Assembly: GCA_038877255.1 (NCBI GenBank)
Contig: JAVYWZ010000008.1
Coordinates: 1-40,407 of the forward strand
Source: Candidatus Micrarchaeaceae archaeon
GTDB lineage: Archaea; Micrarchaeota; Micrarchaeia; Micrarchaeales; CABMGC01
Length of the DNA: 40,407 nt
Direction of reading: 5' to 3'
The position numbers were made by a program, and so were the translations under genes. The notes beneath the pieces are model-generated. The model worked only from the letters and a program-made list of their open reading frames with translations. It was not told the origin of the DNA and did no database searches. This document shows, one piece after another, positions 1-8,594 of the stretch. The stretch's first letter is position 1; each line of letters starts with the position of its first letter.

Positions 1-95
1 TTTGATGCTGTGAATTGCGAATAGGAGCCGGAAATTGCAATAGCCTGTGTGGCTATTAACATAATAGCTACCATTGCAAATTTGCCGATGTTCAT
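1..95 (-). CDS. N-terminus of a probable secreted/surface protein (runs off the window edge)
   Basis: ATG at 95 on minus strand gives MNIGKFAMVAIMLIATQAIAISGSYSQFTAS..., signal-peptide-like (basic residue, hydrophobic core, small residues). Confidence 0.55.
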   Translation of the reverse strand, partial: MNIGKFAMVAIMLIATQAIAISGSYSQFTAS

Positions 96-170
96 TGCCA
101 CACTGTCAAATATAGTAGGATGTTGAATTTTTAAATACCTATTCTTCCGAATACAAATTAAATCCCTACA

Positions 171-209
171 ACAGGGGTTTACCTTCTCTCTTCGACGACA
201 AACCCCTGT
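171..209. repeat. 10-bp perfect inverted repeat upstream of the transposase
   Basis: ACAGGGGTTT (171-180) ... AAACCCCTGT (200-209). Confidence 0.7.
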
Positions 210-232
210 GTATAGTAGGGAAAAGTGATAAC

Positions 233-948
233 ATGAATATGGCGACCAGCAAAAATAAAATAGTTGAGGTTCTGGCTGCGGCCAGAATTGTGGCAAAGAG
301 TCACGGGCATACAGGAAAGTATGCCAAACACTACGTTGCACTATCAATAAAACAGTCGAATGGCGGTATCTCTGACAGAGAACTTGCAGATTTCCTTATG
401 ACAGACAAAATAGGCAGAATTTTGGGATACAAACGCAAATTCAGTTATACAATATTCTCGAAAGTAAGGAGCAAACCTGACACTGACCAGATAATGAAAG
501 AGATTTACACGATATTGATCTCTGACGTTATGCGAGGCAAACAAGTAACATTGCTTGCACAGGACAGCACCGACATATCTGCGTATTCAAAGAAAGACAA
601 AGATGCAAGATATGGACATAGAACACCTTCGAAGAAGGAGCAAATCGCGACGAAATCTACAGAAAAATCATTTGTCTTTGGGTACAAACTCCATGCTAAC
701 GCAGATGCAGAAACAGAAATGCCTCTTGCAGTAGAGGTTGCACCTGCAAACAGGCACGATAAAGTTTTCTTCCACAGGTTGTATGATCGTGTAAAAGCTC
801 TTTTCCGCATAGGTTTCGATGCAAAATTCCTTGCAGATGCTGCATACGATGCAACTGATGTATACCAAGAGTTGCACTATATGCTGTAAAGGCGGTCATC
901 GCAGCAAATGGCAGAGGTTTCTACAAATCGAAGAAGCCCAGGTTCTAG
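233..948 (+). pseudogene. IS4/IS5-superfamily (DDE_Tnp_1-like) transposase, frameshifted near 880 and 3'-truncated
   Basis: Motifs QDSTD, FGYKLH, PANRHD, ADAAYD; after LHY the sequence continues in another frame as AVKAVIAANGRGFYKSKKPR and stops before the catalytic E region. Confidence 0.85.
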
Positions 949-1155
949 CTCTTGCCAGGTAGACATGTTTACACGGCCAGGCAATAACCCCCATACAGGC
1001 ACTTTGGGCTCTAGGTATATTCTATTTCAGTCTGCCATTTCTGTCTCTGTCAAATGAGTTGCGAGCAAACTTTTAGGCACTAGATTCAGCAGAGTGTTAT
1101 TCATACGCTCTAAAGAAGCCATTTTACCTATTGGCATAAGATAAGTTCTAGACAT
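940..1155 (-). pseudogene. Disrupted gene with PUA/EVE-like N-terminal motif (in-frame TGA, truncated at the IS)
   Basis: MSRTYLMPIGKMASLERMNNTLLNLVPKSLLATHLTETEMAD*NRIYLEPKVPVWGLLPGRVNMSTWQELEPG; WG..pG..N...W..L.PG resembles PUA/EVE-like domains of restriction/HNH proteins; starts 2 nt after the MazG stop. Confidence 0.5.
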
Positions 1156-1157
1156 AT

Positions 1158-1523
1158 TCACAACTCGTTGTATTTTTTATTTGAACCTCTTGCTTTCTTC
1201 ACCGGATATTTTTCATTATTCTTCTTTAACTTGTTCTGTAGTTCGGTTGATATGTCAAAGTTAAATCTTTGCGCGAACCTCACTACAAAATAAACCACAT
1301 CGGCAAGTTCTTCTCCAATCCTTTCGCGCTTTGTAGGATCTTGCATCATCTTGTCTATATCCTCTTGGGTTTTGAATCTAAACAAATCTAACAGTTCTGA
1401 AGCTTCTGTGGATATTCCTATTGCAAGGTCTTTAGCATTATGGAATTGATCCCAATCCCTATCATCGCAGAACTTTTGCACTTTGTCTTTCAATTCTTTA
1501 ATTGTGGTAGTTTTATCGGTCAT
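1158..1523 (-). CDS. MazG-like nucleotide pyrophosphohydrolase (dCTP pyrophosphatase-like)
   Basis: RDWDQFH..KDLAI.I..EASEL, EELADV..., K...N..KYP motifs; start moved to MTDK. Confidence 0.9.
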   Translation of the reverse strand: MTDKTTTIKELKDKVQKFCDDRDWDQFHNAKDLAIGISTEASELLDLFRFKTQEDIDKMMQDPTKRERIGEELADVVYFVVRFAQRFNFDISTELQNKLKKNNEKYPVKKARGSNKKYNEL

Positions 1524-1820
1524 TTGATACACCTAACTTTCCAACCTTTCCATAAACCTTAATCTTCTTTTCATCTTTTATATGCTTCTGCATATACCAC
1601 AAAGTTGACTTATTTATACCTAACCTTTTGCGGTCTGCTGGTGTTAGGCTAAGTACCATATTGCGGATATCTGTGTTATCTTCTCGCTTTATCCTGAACT
1701 CAGGTATATTGAACTGGGGCTTATTCGACTTCCCGATTATATAATTAGCTAACAACCTAACGTTTTCGTATAAAACGTTCTGGTAGCTGTAATACTTGCC
1801 ATTGTATAACGCCCTTGCTG
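1513..1820 (-). pseudogene. cas1: C-terminal remnant of a stand-alone (solo) Cas1 with HTH-like tail
   Basis: YNGKYYSYQNVLYENVRLLANYI.GK...F.IP....R.D...IR..VL.LT...RKRLGINKSTLWY..K..K..KKIKVY matches my recollection of the C-terminus of Thermoplasmatales/Methanosarcinales solo Cas1; no catalytic N-terminal part and no array seen. Confidence 0.7.
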
Positions 1821-2105
1821 GTGATTGCCTTTCTAGGGTTCTTGACTCTAATCTTGACAATCGTTATAGGTTCTAGCATTAAAGGTAGCACAGCTTCTCC
1901 ATTTCTATACTTATACCTGTAATAATTGGGTTTCTAGGTATATCGGTGCTATTGCAGTACCGCAGGATTTGCATCAGGTTTGCGAAGTGAATCTTGGAGA
2001 GATTTGCTATTGTATGCTAATGGGGACATAAAAAGAAGTGCTTGCAGCAAAGAAAAGCAGATGGAAAAATGCATAGCGGAACGTTGCCTTTTTTGGAAAT
2101 TTTGC

Positions 2106-3101
2106 TTATTGTTCGCGTATCTTGTCAAAGTCTATTACCCTGTTTTTCTTTGATTCTTCGTCTCTGCAAAGGAGCACAACTCTGCTTTCCTTGTGGTCTA
2201 CTGTTACTATATAGCCTGTTAGCTTTGCAATTGCCTCTGCAAACTGCTTTATTTCCTCGTGCATAGGCATGTCCTCATAATGCAGTCCCCTGGCTTCGGA
2301 CCTCGCGCCGCCTACAAACGAGAAGCCCTTTACCTCTACATAGTTGGGCATTGCAATCTTTACAAGCTCAGCGTAGCCTTCCGGGTTGTTCATATTTAGT
2401 CCCTTTACCAGTGTGAGCCTAAGCACTGTTCTTGTATTCATGTTGCGCATAAGCCTAAGGCTCTTAAGGAAACGCTCCCACGCATTCGGTACCTTTGGCC
2501 TTGTGACCTTTTCATAGGTCTCTTTATCTGGCGCCTGCAGCGATATATAGAACTGCGTAGGCATTACCCTGAGCTTCTCTATTGCCTCTGGCAGTGTGCC
2601 ATTATGCACCAAGAAGGTGCTCATGCCCCGCTTGTGGAATTCGCTAAGCAGCTCGCTCATCTTTGGGTAAAACATGGGCTCTCCGGTAAGGCTCAGCGTC
2701 GCGTGCCTTGGCTCGTTAGCTTCTTTGTATCTCTTTTTCCTTAGCTCGTTGTTTGCTATGGCCTTAAATCCGCTAACGAGCTTTCTTTGCTCCTCAATCA
2801 TCTTATCTACGATCTCGCTTGGCTCGTCCCACTCGCCCGCATTGAGTTCATTCCACCTGTAGCCTTCCTCATCAGGTATAATGCGCCAGCAGAACCGGCA
2901 TGCAAGGTCGCAGCCTATCGCAGGCGTTGACTGCAAGCACTGCCAGCTTCTTATACCGTAAAACTTGTTCTTGTAGCACAGGGTTTCTCCCTTTATGCCC
3001 TTTTTCGTATATTCGCATGTCTTTACTGCAGAATGCCTTCCTACAAAGTGGTAGCCCTGTTTCTGCATCTGCTCTTTGAGCTGCTGTGGCATCTCTTCCA
3101 T
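2106..3101 (-). CDS. taw1: 4-demethylwyosine synthase TYW1 (radical SAM)
   Basis: HSAVK.C..T, CYK.KFYGI.S..C.Q, CDLACRFCWR, SLTGEP, YVEVKG. Confidence 0.95.
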   Translation of the reverse strand: MEEMPQQLKEQMQKQGYHFVGRHSAVKTCEYTKKGIKGETLCYKNKFYGIRSWQCLQSTPAIGCDLACRFCWRIIPDEEGYRWNELNAGEWDEPSEIVDKMIEEQRKLVSGFKAIANNELRKKRYKEANEPRHATLSLTGEPMFYPKMSELLSEFHKRGMSTFLVHNGTLPEAIEKLRVMPTQFYISLQAPDKETYEKVTRPKVPNAWERFLKSLRLMRNMNTRTVLRLTLVKGLNMNNPEGYAELVKIAMPNYVEVKGFSFVGGARSEARGLHYEDMPMHEEIKQFAEAIAKLTGYIVTVDHKESRVVLLCRDEESKKNRVIDFDKIREQ

Positions 3102-3114
3102 TGCAAAACCTTTT

Positions 3115-3353
3115 AGTGGCGTGCCGTAGCCTCCCTTCTGTTCTAGGCGGCATTAGACTAAGCTGCCTTTTTGGCATTGCATGCTCATAGCACGCGCATC
3201 GGCACGTTTCAAGCATACCACAGCGCTCGTATTGTCATTGCATATGCCGTGAAATGCTTCGTTTCTGTTCCGAATTAGGCTGTTAGGCCATGCATGCTCT
3301 GCATGGGGAGAGCTTCCACAGTCACAAGGACCGTAAGCCGCCCGCACGCCACT
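3115..3353 (-). ncRNA. rnpB: RNase P RNA (compact, type M-like)
   Basis: 10-bp P1 AGTGGCGTGC/GCACGCCACT; conserved regions GGAAGCTCTCCC, AACAGAAAC, TGAAACG, TGCAA, GCTTAGTCTAATG, AACAGAAGGGAGGCTA; P4 complementarity CTCCC/GGGAG; TTATAAATA box about 25 nt upstream. Confidence 0.9.
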
Positions 3354-3440
3354 GGATTTATAACTAAGTTATTTTATTTATAACTATCCTTTCCTGTTTA
3401 TTGACTTTGCATCTGCTCTGCTTTGTTCTTCACTGTTCTG

Positions 3441-3860
3441 CTATACTTTTGAGATGTTGCTTATTGCATTAACTGCTTTGCCTGTGCTGTTTATCGTATT
3501 TGCAACTGTGTGCGATACGCTGACGATGTCTTTTATGAAACCCAGGATATCTGTTATGAGACCTGCTGCGCCTGCAAGCGTAAGCATTCCAGTTGTTAAG
3601 AAGCTGTACGCTACTGATGCGAGTATGAAGAGAAGTATGAGCAAAAGTATTGCTTTGATTATATTCTTGAGAAACTTGAAGCCCACGTATACCACTATCA
3701 CTATCAGGGCTATGCCTATGAGCACAGACAAATATCTGGGCGGCGTATAGCTTTGGGTTACTATTGAAGAAGCATTTGAAGCTGTTGCAGACGCCTCTGA
3801 AATAAGTAATGCAAATGTCAATAACAAAGAAAACAATTTCGTATTGCGGATTTTTAACAT
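3441..3860 (-). CDS. Hypothetical membrane protein (signal peptide plus 2 TM helices)
   Basis: Hydrophobic segments in ORF; start moved to MLKIR to avoid overlap with histone. Confidence 0.7.
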   Translation of the reverse strand: MLKIRNTKLFSLLLTFALLISEASATASNASSIVTQSYTPPRYLSVLIGIALIVIVVYVGFKFLKNIIKAILLLILLFILASVAYSFLTTGMLTLAGAAGLITDILGFIKDIVSVSHTVANTINSTGKAVNAISNISKV

Positions 3861-3891
3861 GTGATCATCGTGTTTTAGCAACGCTATCTGC

Positions 3892-4086
3892 TCAGCTCTT
3901 TGCAAGTTCGACGTCATCCTTCTCTACTGTCTTGCGCTTTGCGTGTTTTGCGAGTCTTACTGCCTTGCTTGCAATTGTATAAGAAACACGATTTAAATAG
4001 TTTGCAAATGCTTCTGCTGCTTCATTGCTTACCCTTTTGGCTCCAGAATCGAGCAGTATGCGTTTTGCAGCACTTTTAGAAATCAT
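3892..4086 (-). CDS. Archaeal histone (HMf-like)
   Basis: KRIL..SGAKRVS.EA....A..A..LAKHAKRKTV...DV.LA. Confidence 0.95.
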   Translation of the reverse strand: MISKSAAKRILLDSGAKRVSNEAAEAFANYLNRVSYTIASKAVRLAKHAKRKTVEKDDVELAKS

Positions 4087-4395
4087 ACTTAGAATATAAA
4101 AATGAAAGATTAATATTCATATGTAAACTGCCATCACATAATTGAGGTGGCTTTCATTGAGATGAGCATCATGCGGAACACAGTTCCATCAACACGTCTG
4201 TCATTTGACAGCCAGAGCCGGTTTACAATAGCTTCAATATTGGAAATTTGGAATGTTTCCGCTCCAACGAGTATTTGCATGACCTATCGCACTTTAGGAT
4301 TTTACGCTGGTCAGGCAACTTCATATTCTATATATATTACAAAATATTTTATTCGGTTTAGTGCTCACGCATGGGGTCTCTTGCGTGGTGATTAG

Positions 4396-4866
4396 ATGAA
4401 AATTCAGTTCAAAGATCTAAGTAGTGGCGATGAACGTGAATTCGTATCTTTAATAAAGAGCACATATTCTGATTCGCCTTTTGCGTTTACATTCGACAAA
4501 GCTCCAAGCGAAGAAAGCATGCGCGCGCTTTTCGCGCGCAAAATGGAGCTCATGCATAATGGCAAGCTCATCGATATTGTCGCCAAGTGCAACAGACGAA
4601 TTTTAGGCGAATGTGAGATGGCGCTCTCATACAGAAACAAGACAAAGACAGGCGTTGTTGGGATACTTGTCAAAAAAGAATTTAGAAGGAAGGCAATAGG
4701 TAGGGCTCTGCTTGCTAGTGCAGAGCTGAAGGCAAAGGGCTTTGGTATCAGTTGTTTTGTTGCAGAAATCAGCGAGGCAAATAGCGTAGCGGTAAAATTC
4801 TTCGAGAAGTGCGGCTTCAAACAAGCTGGAAGCAATTATGGAAAAATACTGCTGCTCAAGTGCTAG
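4396..4866 (+). CDS. GNAT family N-acetyltransferase
   Basis: GILVKKEFRRKAIGRALL (motif A), N..A.KFFEKCGF; GGTGA RBS. Confidence 0.9.
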   Translation: MKIQFKDLSSGDEREFVSLIKSTYSDSPFAFTFDKAPSEESMRALFARKMELMHNGKLIDIVAKCNRRILGECEMALSYRNKTKTGVVGILVKKEFRRKAIGRALLASAELKAKGFGISCFVAEISEANSVAVKFFEKCGFKQAGSNYGKILLLKC

Positions 4867-5476
4867 CGTTGAATACTTTGAGCACTGTTCCATTGAGCTC
4901 CGATAGCAGCACGTTTACCGATTGCTTAGCGGCGTTAGCTGTATAGTCTACAAGCCATACATTCGTGTATGTCGCGTTTGCAATCTTTGTCTCATTGTAG
5001 AAGTTTGCGCGCGCAGAAACGTTTGCGTAACCGTATTCATTTATAAAAGAGACTACGCTGCTAATGTTGCTGCTTGTAGCCCATGTTATTGCAACTGGCG
5101 AGGAAGTAATTAGATAGGGTTTGCCTGGCGAATAGCCGTTCACCTTGCATGAACCTGTGTAATTGTTGATGTTTGTCGGTACGAAGCCGAACTTCGGATA
5201 ATCATATGCATAAATATAATAGTCGGGGCATGGCGAACTGTAATTCTGTATGAGTGAAACTACTATATGCCAGCTGCCATGGTAAACCGATGGGGTTACG
5301 TTGCCAAGCAGAACCTCTGCCCCGGGATTGCTCTTCTGCAGGTCATTCATTACCAATTTTACTGCCTGAGATTCTGTTACTGTAGCAAATATTACATGAT
5401 AAAACAAGAAATATAGGAGCGCAATCACTACGATTATGACAATTGCTAAAATCAACGTGCCTTCTATTAAGTTCAT
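4856..5476 (-). CDS. Membrane-anchored extracellular hypothetical protein
   Basis: N-terminal TM, many N-x-S/T sequons, Cys pair. Confidence 0.75.
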   Translation of the reverse strand: MNLIEGTLILAIVIIVVIALLYFLFYHVIFATVTESQAVKLVMNDLQKSNPGAEVLLGNVTPSVYHGSWHIVVSLIQNYSSPCPDYYIYAYDYPKFGFVPTNINNYTGSCKVNGYSPGKPYLITSSPVAITWATSSNISSVVSFINEYGYANVSARANFYNETKIANATYTNVWLVDYTANAAKQSVNVLLSELNGTVLKVFNAST

Positions 5477-5517
5477 GATTGAAATATGCACACAACATTA
5501 TAAAAATTAATGCCTAA

Positions 5518-6687
5518 CTATTGCTGTTCAAGCGCAGACGCGGCCTTTAGCGCCTTTTCAACAAGCGTGCCCATTTTCATTTTTGAAGAAAGCGCTTTTA
5601 TCTCTTCTATTCTGCTTTTTGTCTTTGGGTTTTTAGCGTTTATGGTGCAAACATCTTTATAAGGCTTTATCGATTCCGGATATGTATGTATGCGCTTTGC
5701 AATGCTTATTGTCTCTTCTTTGTCGAAGCCGATCAAAGGCCTAATTATCGGCAGCCGTATGCCGTATGCCTCAGCGGTTAGGTTTTCAAGGCTTTGCGAG
5801 GCGACTTGGCCAAGGCTTTCGCCTGTTACTATAGCGCCTGCGCCTTCTTTTGCTGCAACACGCTGTGCTATCTTTAGCATGAAGTTTTTTAGCATGATAA
5901 GCGCATAGCGGTCAGCGCCTGCAGCAGCAACAGCAGCATCAAACGCATATGATGGCACAAAATAGGCTTTGTAGCCGTTGGAATAAGCGGCAAGCACATT
6001 GAGCAAACTTACGATTTTGCTGTTCATCGCTTCGTTGTTGTTCGAGAAAGCATGCACGTGCACATAAATTGGAGCAAGGCCGCGCTTCATTGCAAACCAA
6101 GCAGCGACTGGCGAGTCTATGCCGCCTGAAATAAGAATAACGCATCTGCCCTCGCTACCTACTGGCAGTCCTGTAGCGCCTTTATTTTTTTCCGTAAATA
6201 CATAGGCATTGTCACGCGTTACGTTTACAAAAATCGGCATTTCATAATCTGTCAGTTTCGGCTCTATCCCATTTGCCTCAGCAGCACTCGAAATTTTTTT
6301 TATTACCTCTTTGGAGTCAAATCCAAGGCGCTTATCGGATCTGTGCGAATCTATTTTGATGCTCTTCGCGCCTTGCTCTTTTGCAAGCGTTACAGCAAGC
6401 TCAGCAATGTTGCCAAGCCGTGGCTCTGTTGCATGCGCTATCTCATAGTTGCTTATGCCGAACACTGTGGAAAGCGCTGATTTTATGCGCTCAAGTTCTT
6501 CGTCATCAGCTTTTATAAGAAGCCTGTCATAGCTTCTGTGCATTTCGTAATGCATGCCGTTGAGCGCATGCCGTATGTTGTCAATAAGCGTGTTTATGTA
6601 AGCATTCCTATTCTTGCCGCGCAGCCAAAGCTCCCCAAAGTGCGCTATTATGAGCTTATTGTCGTTACTATGTGCCTTGAAAGCCAT
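5518..6687 (-). CDS. thiI: tRNA 4-thiouridine synthase ThiI (THUMP plus PP-loop, no rhodanese)
   Basis: FGELWLRGKNR, GLPVG..G, LISGGIDSPVA, TGESLGQVASQ, RPLIG.DKEE. Confidence 0.95.
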   Translation of the reverse strand: MAFKAHSNDNKLIIAHFGELWLRGKNRNAYINTLIDNIRHALNGMHYEMHRSYDRLLIKADDEELERIKSALSTVFGISNYEIAHATEPRLGNIAELAVTLAKEQGAKSIKIDSHRSDKRLGFDSKEVIKKISSAAEANGIEPKLTDYEMPIFVNVTRDNAYVFTEKNKGATGLPVGSEGRCVILISGGIDSPVAAWFAMKRGLAPIYVHVHAFSNNNEAMNSKIVSLLNVLAAYSNGYKAYFVPSYAFDAAVAAAGADRYALIMLKNFMLKIAQRVAAKEGAGAIVTGESLGQVASQSLENLTAEAYGIRLPIIRPLIGFDKEETISIAKRIHTYPESIKPYKDVCTINAKNPKTKSRIEEIKALSSKMKMGTLVEKALKAASALEQQ

Positions 6688-6698
6688 AAAAATATTTT

Positions 6699-6914
6699 TC
6701 AAGTCTTTGCCGGTATTGCAGCAGCATTAGAGCCCATTCCGATGCCTGTGCTTTTTGCATTATGTGCGTGTTTCTCGCTGCTTTGCCTTTTCTTGTAAAG
6801 CACTTCGAGTTTGTAGCACCGGTTAGAGCAGTAATATCTTATACTGCCATTCTTCCTGACGAACATTATGCCTGTTCCAGGTTCAATCTCTTCAGAGCAA
6901 TAAGAGCATTTCAT
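6699..6914 (-). CDS. rpl24e: 50S ribosomal protein L24e
   Basis: CSYC...IEPGTG.MFV..NG....CS.RC. Confidence 0.95.
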   Translation of the reverse strand: MKCSYCSEEIEPGTGIMFVRKNGSIRYYCSNRCYKLEVLYKKRQSSEKHAHNAKSTGIGMGSNAAAIPAKT

Positions 6915-6918
6915 GCCA

Positions 6919-7146
6919 TTACCTTACATGTATGGGCTTGTCCTCTCTAGTAGTGTCAGAAAGTCTAATAATATCATTTTTCTTTACATAACCAACTATA
7001 TTTCGCCTTATTACCCTGCCTTTGTCATTGCCGTCAAGTATCTTGCACATGACCTGCTTTACCGAGCCGAACATGCCTGTAGTCTGGTCAAATACTTCCA
7101 CTACCTCTGCAAGGTAGCCATCAAACTTTCTCTGTTCTTCAGCCAC
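6919..7146 (-). CDS. rps28e: 30S ribosomal protein S28e
   Basis: AEVVEV...[24 protein letters not shown]. Confidence 0.95.
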   Translation of the reverse strand: MAEEQRKFDGYLAEVVEVFDQTTGMFGSVKQVMCKILDGNDKGRVIRRNIVGYVKKNDIIRLSDTTREDKPIHVR

Positions 7147-7153
7147 TTAATCA

Positions 7154-7633
7154 TCACGCTTGCTGCTGTTTTGAATCTTTGGTCTGTGTTTGCTTTGCTT
7201 GTGTTTGTTTTGCTTGTGCAGGCTTTGTTTGTGCAGGCTTCGCCTGCGTCTGTGCTGGTTTTTCTTCTACTTGTGAAGCAGCACCTGCAGTTGAATTATA
7301 CCATGTCATTATTTCTTTTAGCACTGCGCTTGCTGAGCCAGCCTTCTCGATAGCCACAGAAGAGCACTGTACGTTAAGGCCTGCCGCCTTGCCTAAATCA
7401 ATCTTTGCAGGCACATACACTATTGGTGTTTTGTGCTGCTCGCAAAGCCCTGGCAGATGCATTACAACTTCCTTTGGGCTCACGTCGTTTGCCACTACAA
7501 CGAGAGTAGCAAGGCCGCGTTCAAGATCCTTGGTGACTTCATTTACCCCTTTTCTTATAATGCCGTCTTGTTTTGCCAGCTTTATCGCTGACAACACTTT
7601 ATCGACTATTTCTTTTGGTGTTTCCTCTGGCAT
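7154..7633 (-). CDS. rpl7ae: 50S ribosomal protein L7Ae with Q/T/A/K/P-rich repeat tail
   Basis: IRKGVNEVTK..ERG.A.LVVVA.DV.P.EVV.HLP.LC; start moved to MPEET (GAGG RBS). Confidence 0.95.
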   Translation of the reverse strand: MPEETPKEIVDKVLSAIKLAKQDGIIRKGVNEVTKDLERGLATLVVVANDVSPKEVVMHLPGLCEQHKTPIVYVPAKIDLGKAAGLNVQCSSVAIEKAGSASAVLKEIMTWYNSTAGAASQVEEKPAQTQAKPAQTKPAQAKQTQAKQTQTKDSKQQQA

Positions 7634-7777
7634 ACAAAAACCTCGTATCATTGGCAAAAAGCAGTACCAATAGTTATTATTTATAGGCAACGTATTTAAA
7701 AGTATGCTGCTCTTTATGCAGAATAAGAGCATGGCTAGCGTCTTGCTGCCTGACGCACCTTGACATTTGAGCATAGG

Positions 7778-8431
7778 CTATTCAAGCATAAATGTAAATG
7801 CTATTATATCTTCAAAAAATACGTGTTTTGCTATTTTCGCTTTGAGCACATAGCCGTAATTATTTGCCTGCTTCAAGAGCTTCTCTAAATTGCTAAACGA
7901 GCTTGCCGAAAGCACAACTGCGCCATTTGGCGTCAAATGGCTCTTTGCTTCTTTCAAAAACTCTAGCGAAAGCTCTACGCCTTCATCGCCGCCGCTAAGC
8001 ATCTCTGCCTCATGTACTGGTTCCTTTGGGTCGCGCCTCAGGTATGGCGCGTTGAACGCAATTATTTCAAAATAACCATTCACATTTTCGAACAAATCGC
8101 TCTTGATTACAGTGCATTTCTGTTTCAGCTTATTATTTAGTGCAGTGTTCTCTTTTGCAATGGCAACAGCGTCATCGCTTTTATCTACGAGCACTACCTT
8201 AGAAACAACGCTGCTCTTAGCGGCAAAGAGGCCGATAATGCCCGTGCCTGTGCCCATGTCAAGAACTCTTATTTCCTTAATGCCAGACTTTTCCATTTCG
8301 TTTAGGCATTTGTTGAGTGCTTCGATCACTAGGAACGTGTCGTCTTCCGGTTCGTATGCCTTGTCAATAGTATTTAGGATGATGCCATTGAATTTGTACA
8401 AATGCTTCTTATCTTTTTTATGCAAGTCCAT
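7778..8431 (-). CDS. prmC: HemK2/PrmC-type glutamine methyltransferase
   Basis: YEPEDDTFL, VLDMGTGTG, FNAPY (NPPY variant), GG..G, FFE. Confidence 0.85.
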   Translation of the reverse strand: MDLHKKDKKHLYKFNGIILNTIDKAYEPEDDTFLVIEALNKCLNEMEKSGIKEIRVLDMGTGTGIIGLFAAKSSVVSKVVLVDKSDDAVAIAKENTALNNKLKQKCTVIKSDLFENVNGYFEIIAFNAPYLRRDPKEPVHEAEMLSGGDEGVELSLEFLKEAKSHLTPNGAVVLSASSFSNLEKLLKQANNYGYVLKAKIAKHVFFEDIIAFTFMLE

Positions 8432-8514
8432 CACGCCTGCGCATAAATTATGCCACTTTTATTGTGCGCATTATCAGGCACATATCTTATCATATTTTAT
8501 ATAATAAGTATAAG

Positions 8515-8594
8515 TGTGCAATGCTGTAAATGTGAAACGCTGCAAATGTTAAACGCTGCAAATGTGCAATGTTTTAAGTGTGTGATGTCGTATG
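8515..8594. repeat. Degenerate 16-bp tandem repeat (4-5 units) in divergent intergenic region
   Basis: TGTGCAATGCTGTAAA / TGTGAAACGCTGCAAA / TGTTAAACGCTGCAAA / TGTGCAATGTTTTAAG / TGTGTGATGTCGTATG. Confidence 0.75.

Noticed and set aside
1930..2010. Minus-strand peptide SPRFTSQT*CKSCG resembling a TnpB Zn-ribbon
   Set aside because: Very short, interrupted by stops, no second CxxC or DRD motif and no IS ends; could be chance
3153..3347. ORFs 3153-3347 and 2872-3216
   Set aside because: Explained by the RNase P RNA and taw1
4135..4395. Small ORFs on either strand between histone and GNAT
   Set aside because: No motifs or convincing start signals
8515..8594. Possible CRISPR array, given the cas1 remnant
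   Set aside because: Units are 16 bp, adjacent, with no spacers; no array seen anywhere in the window
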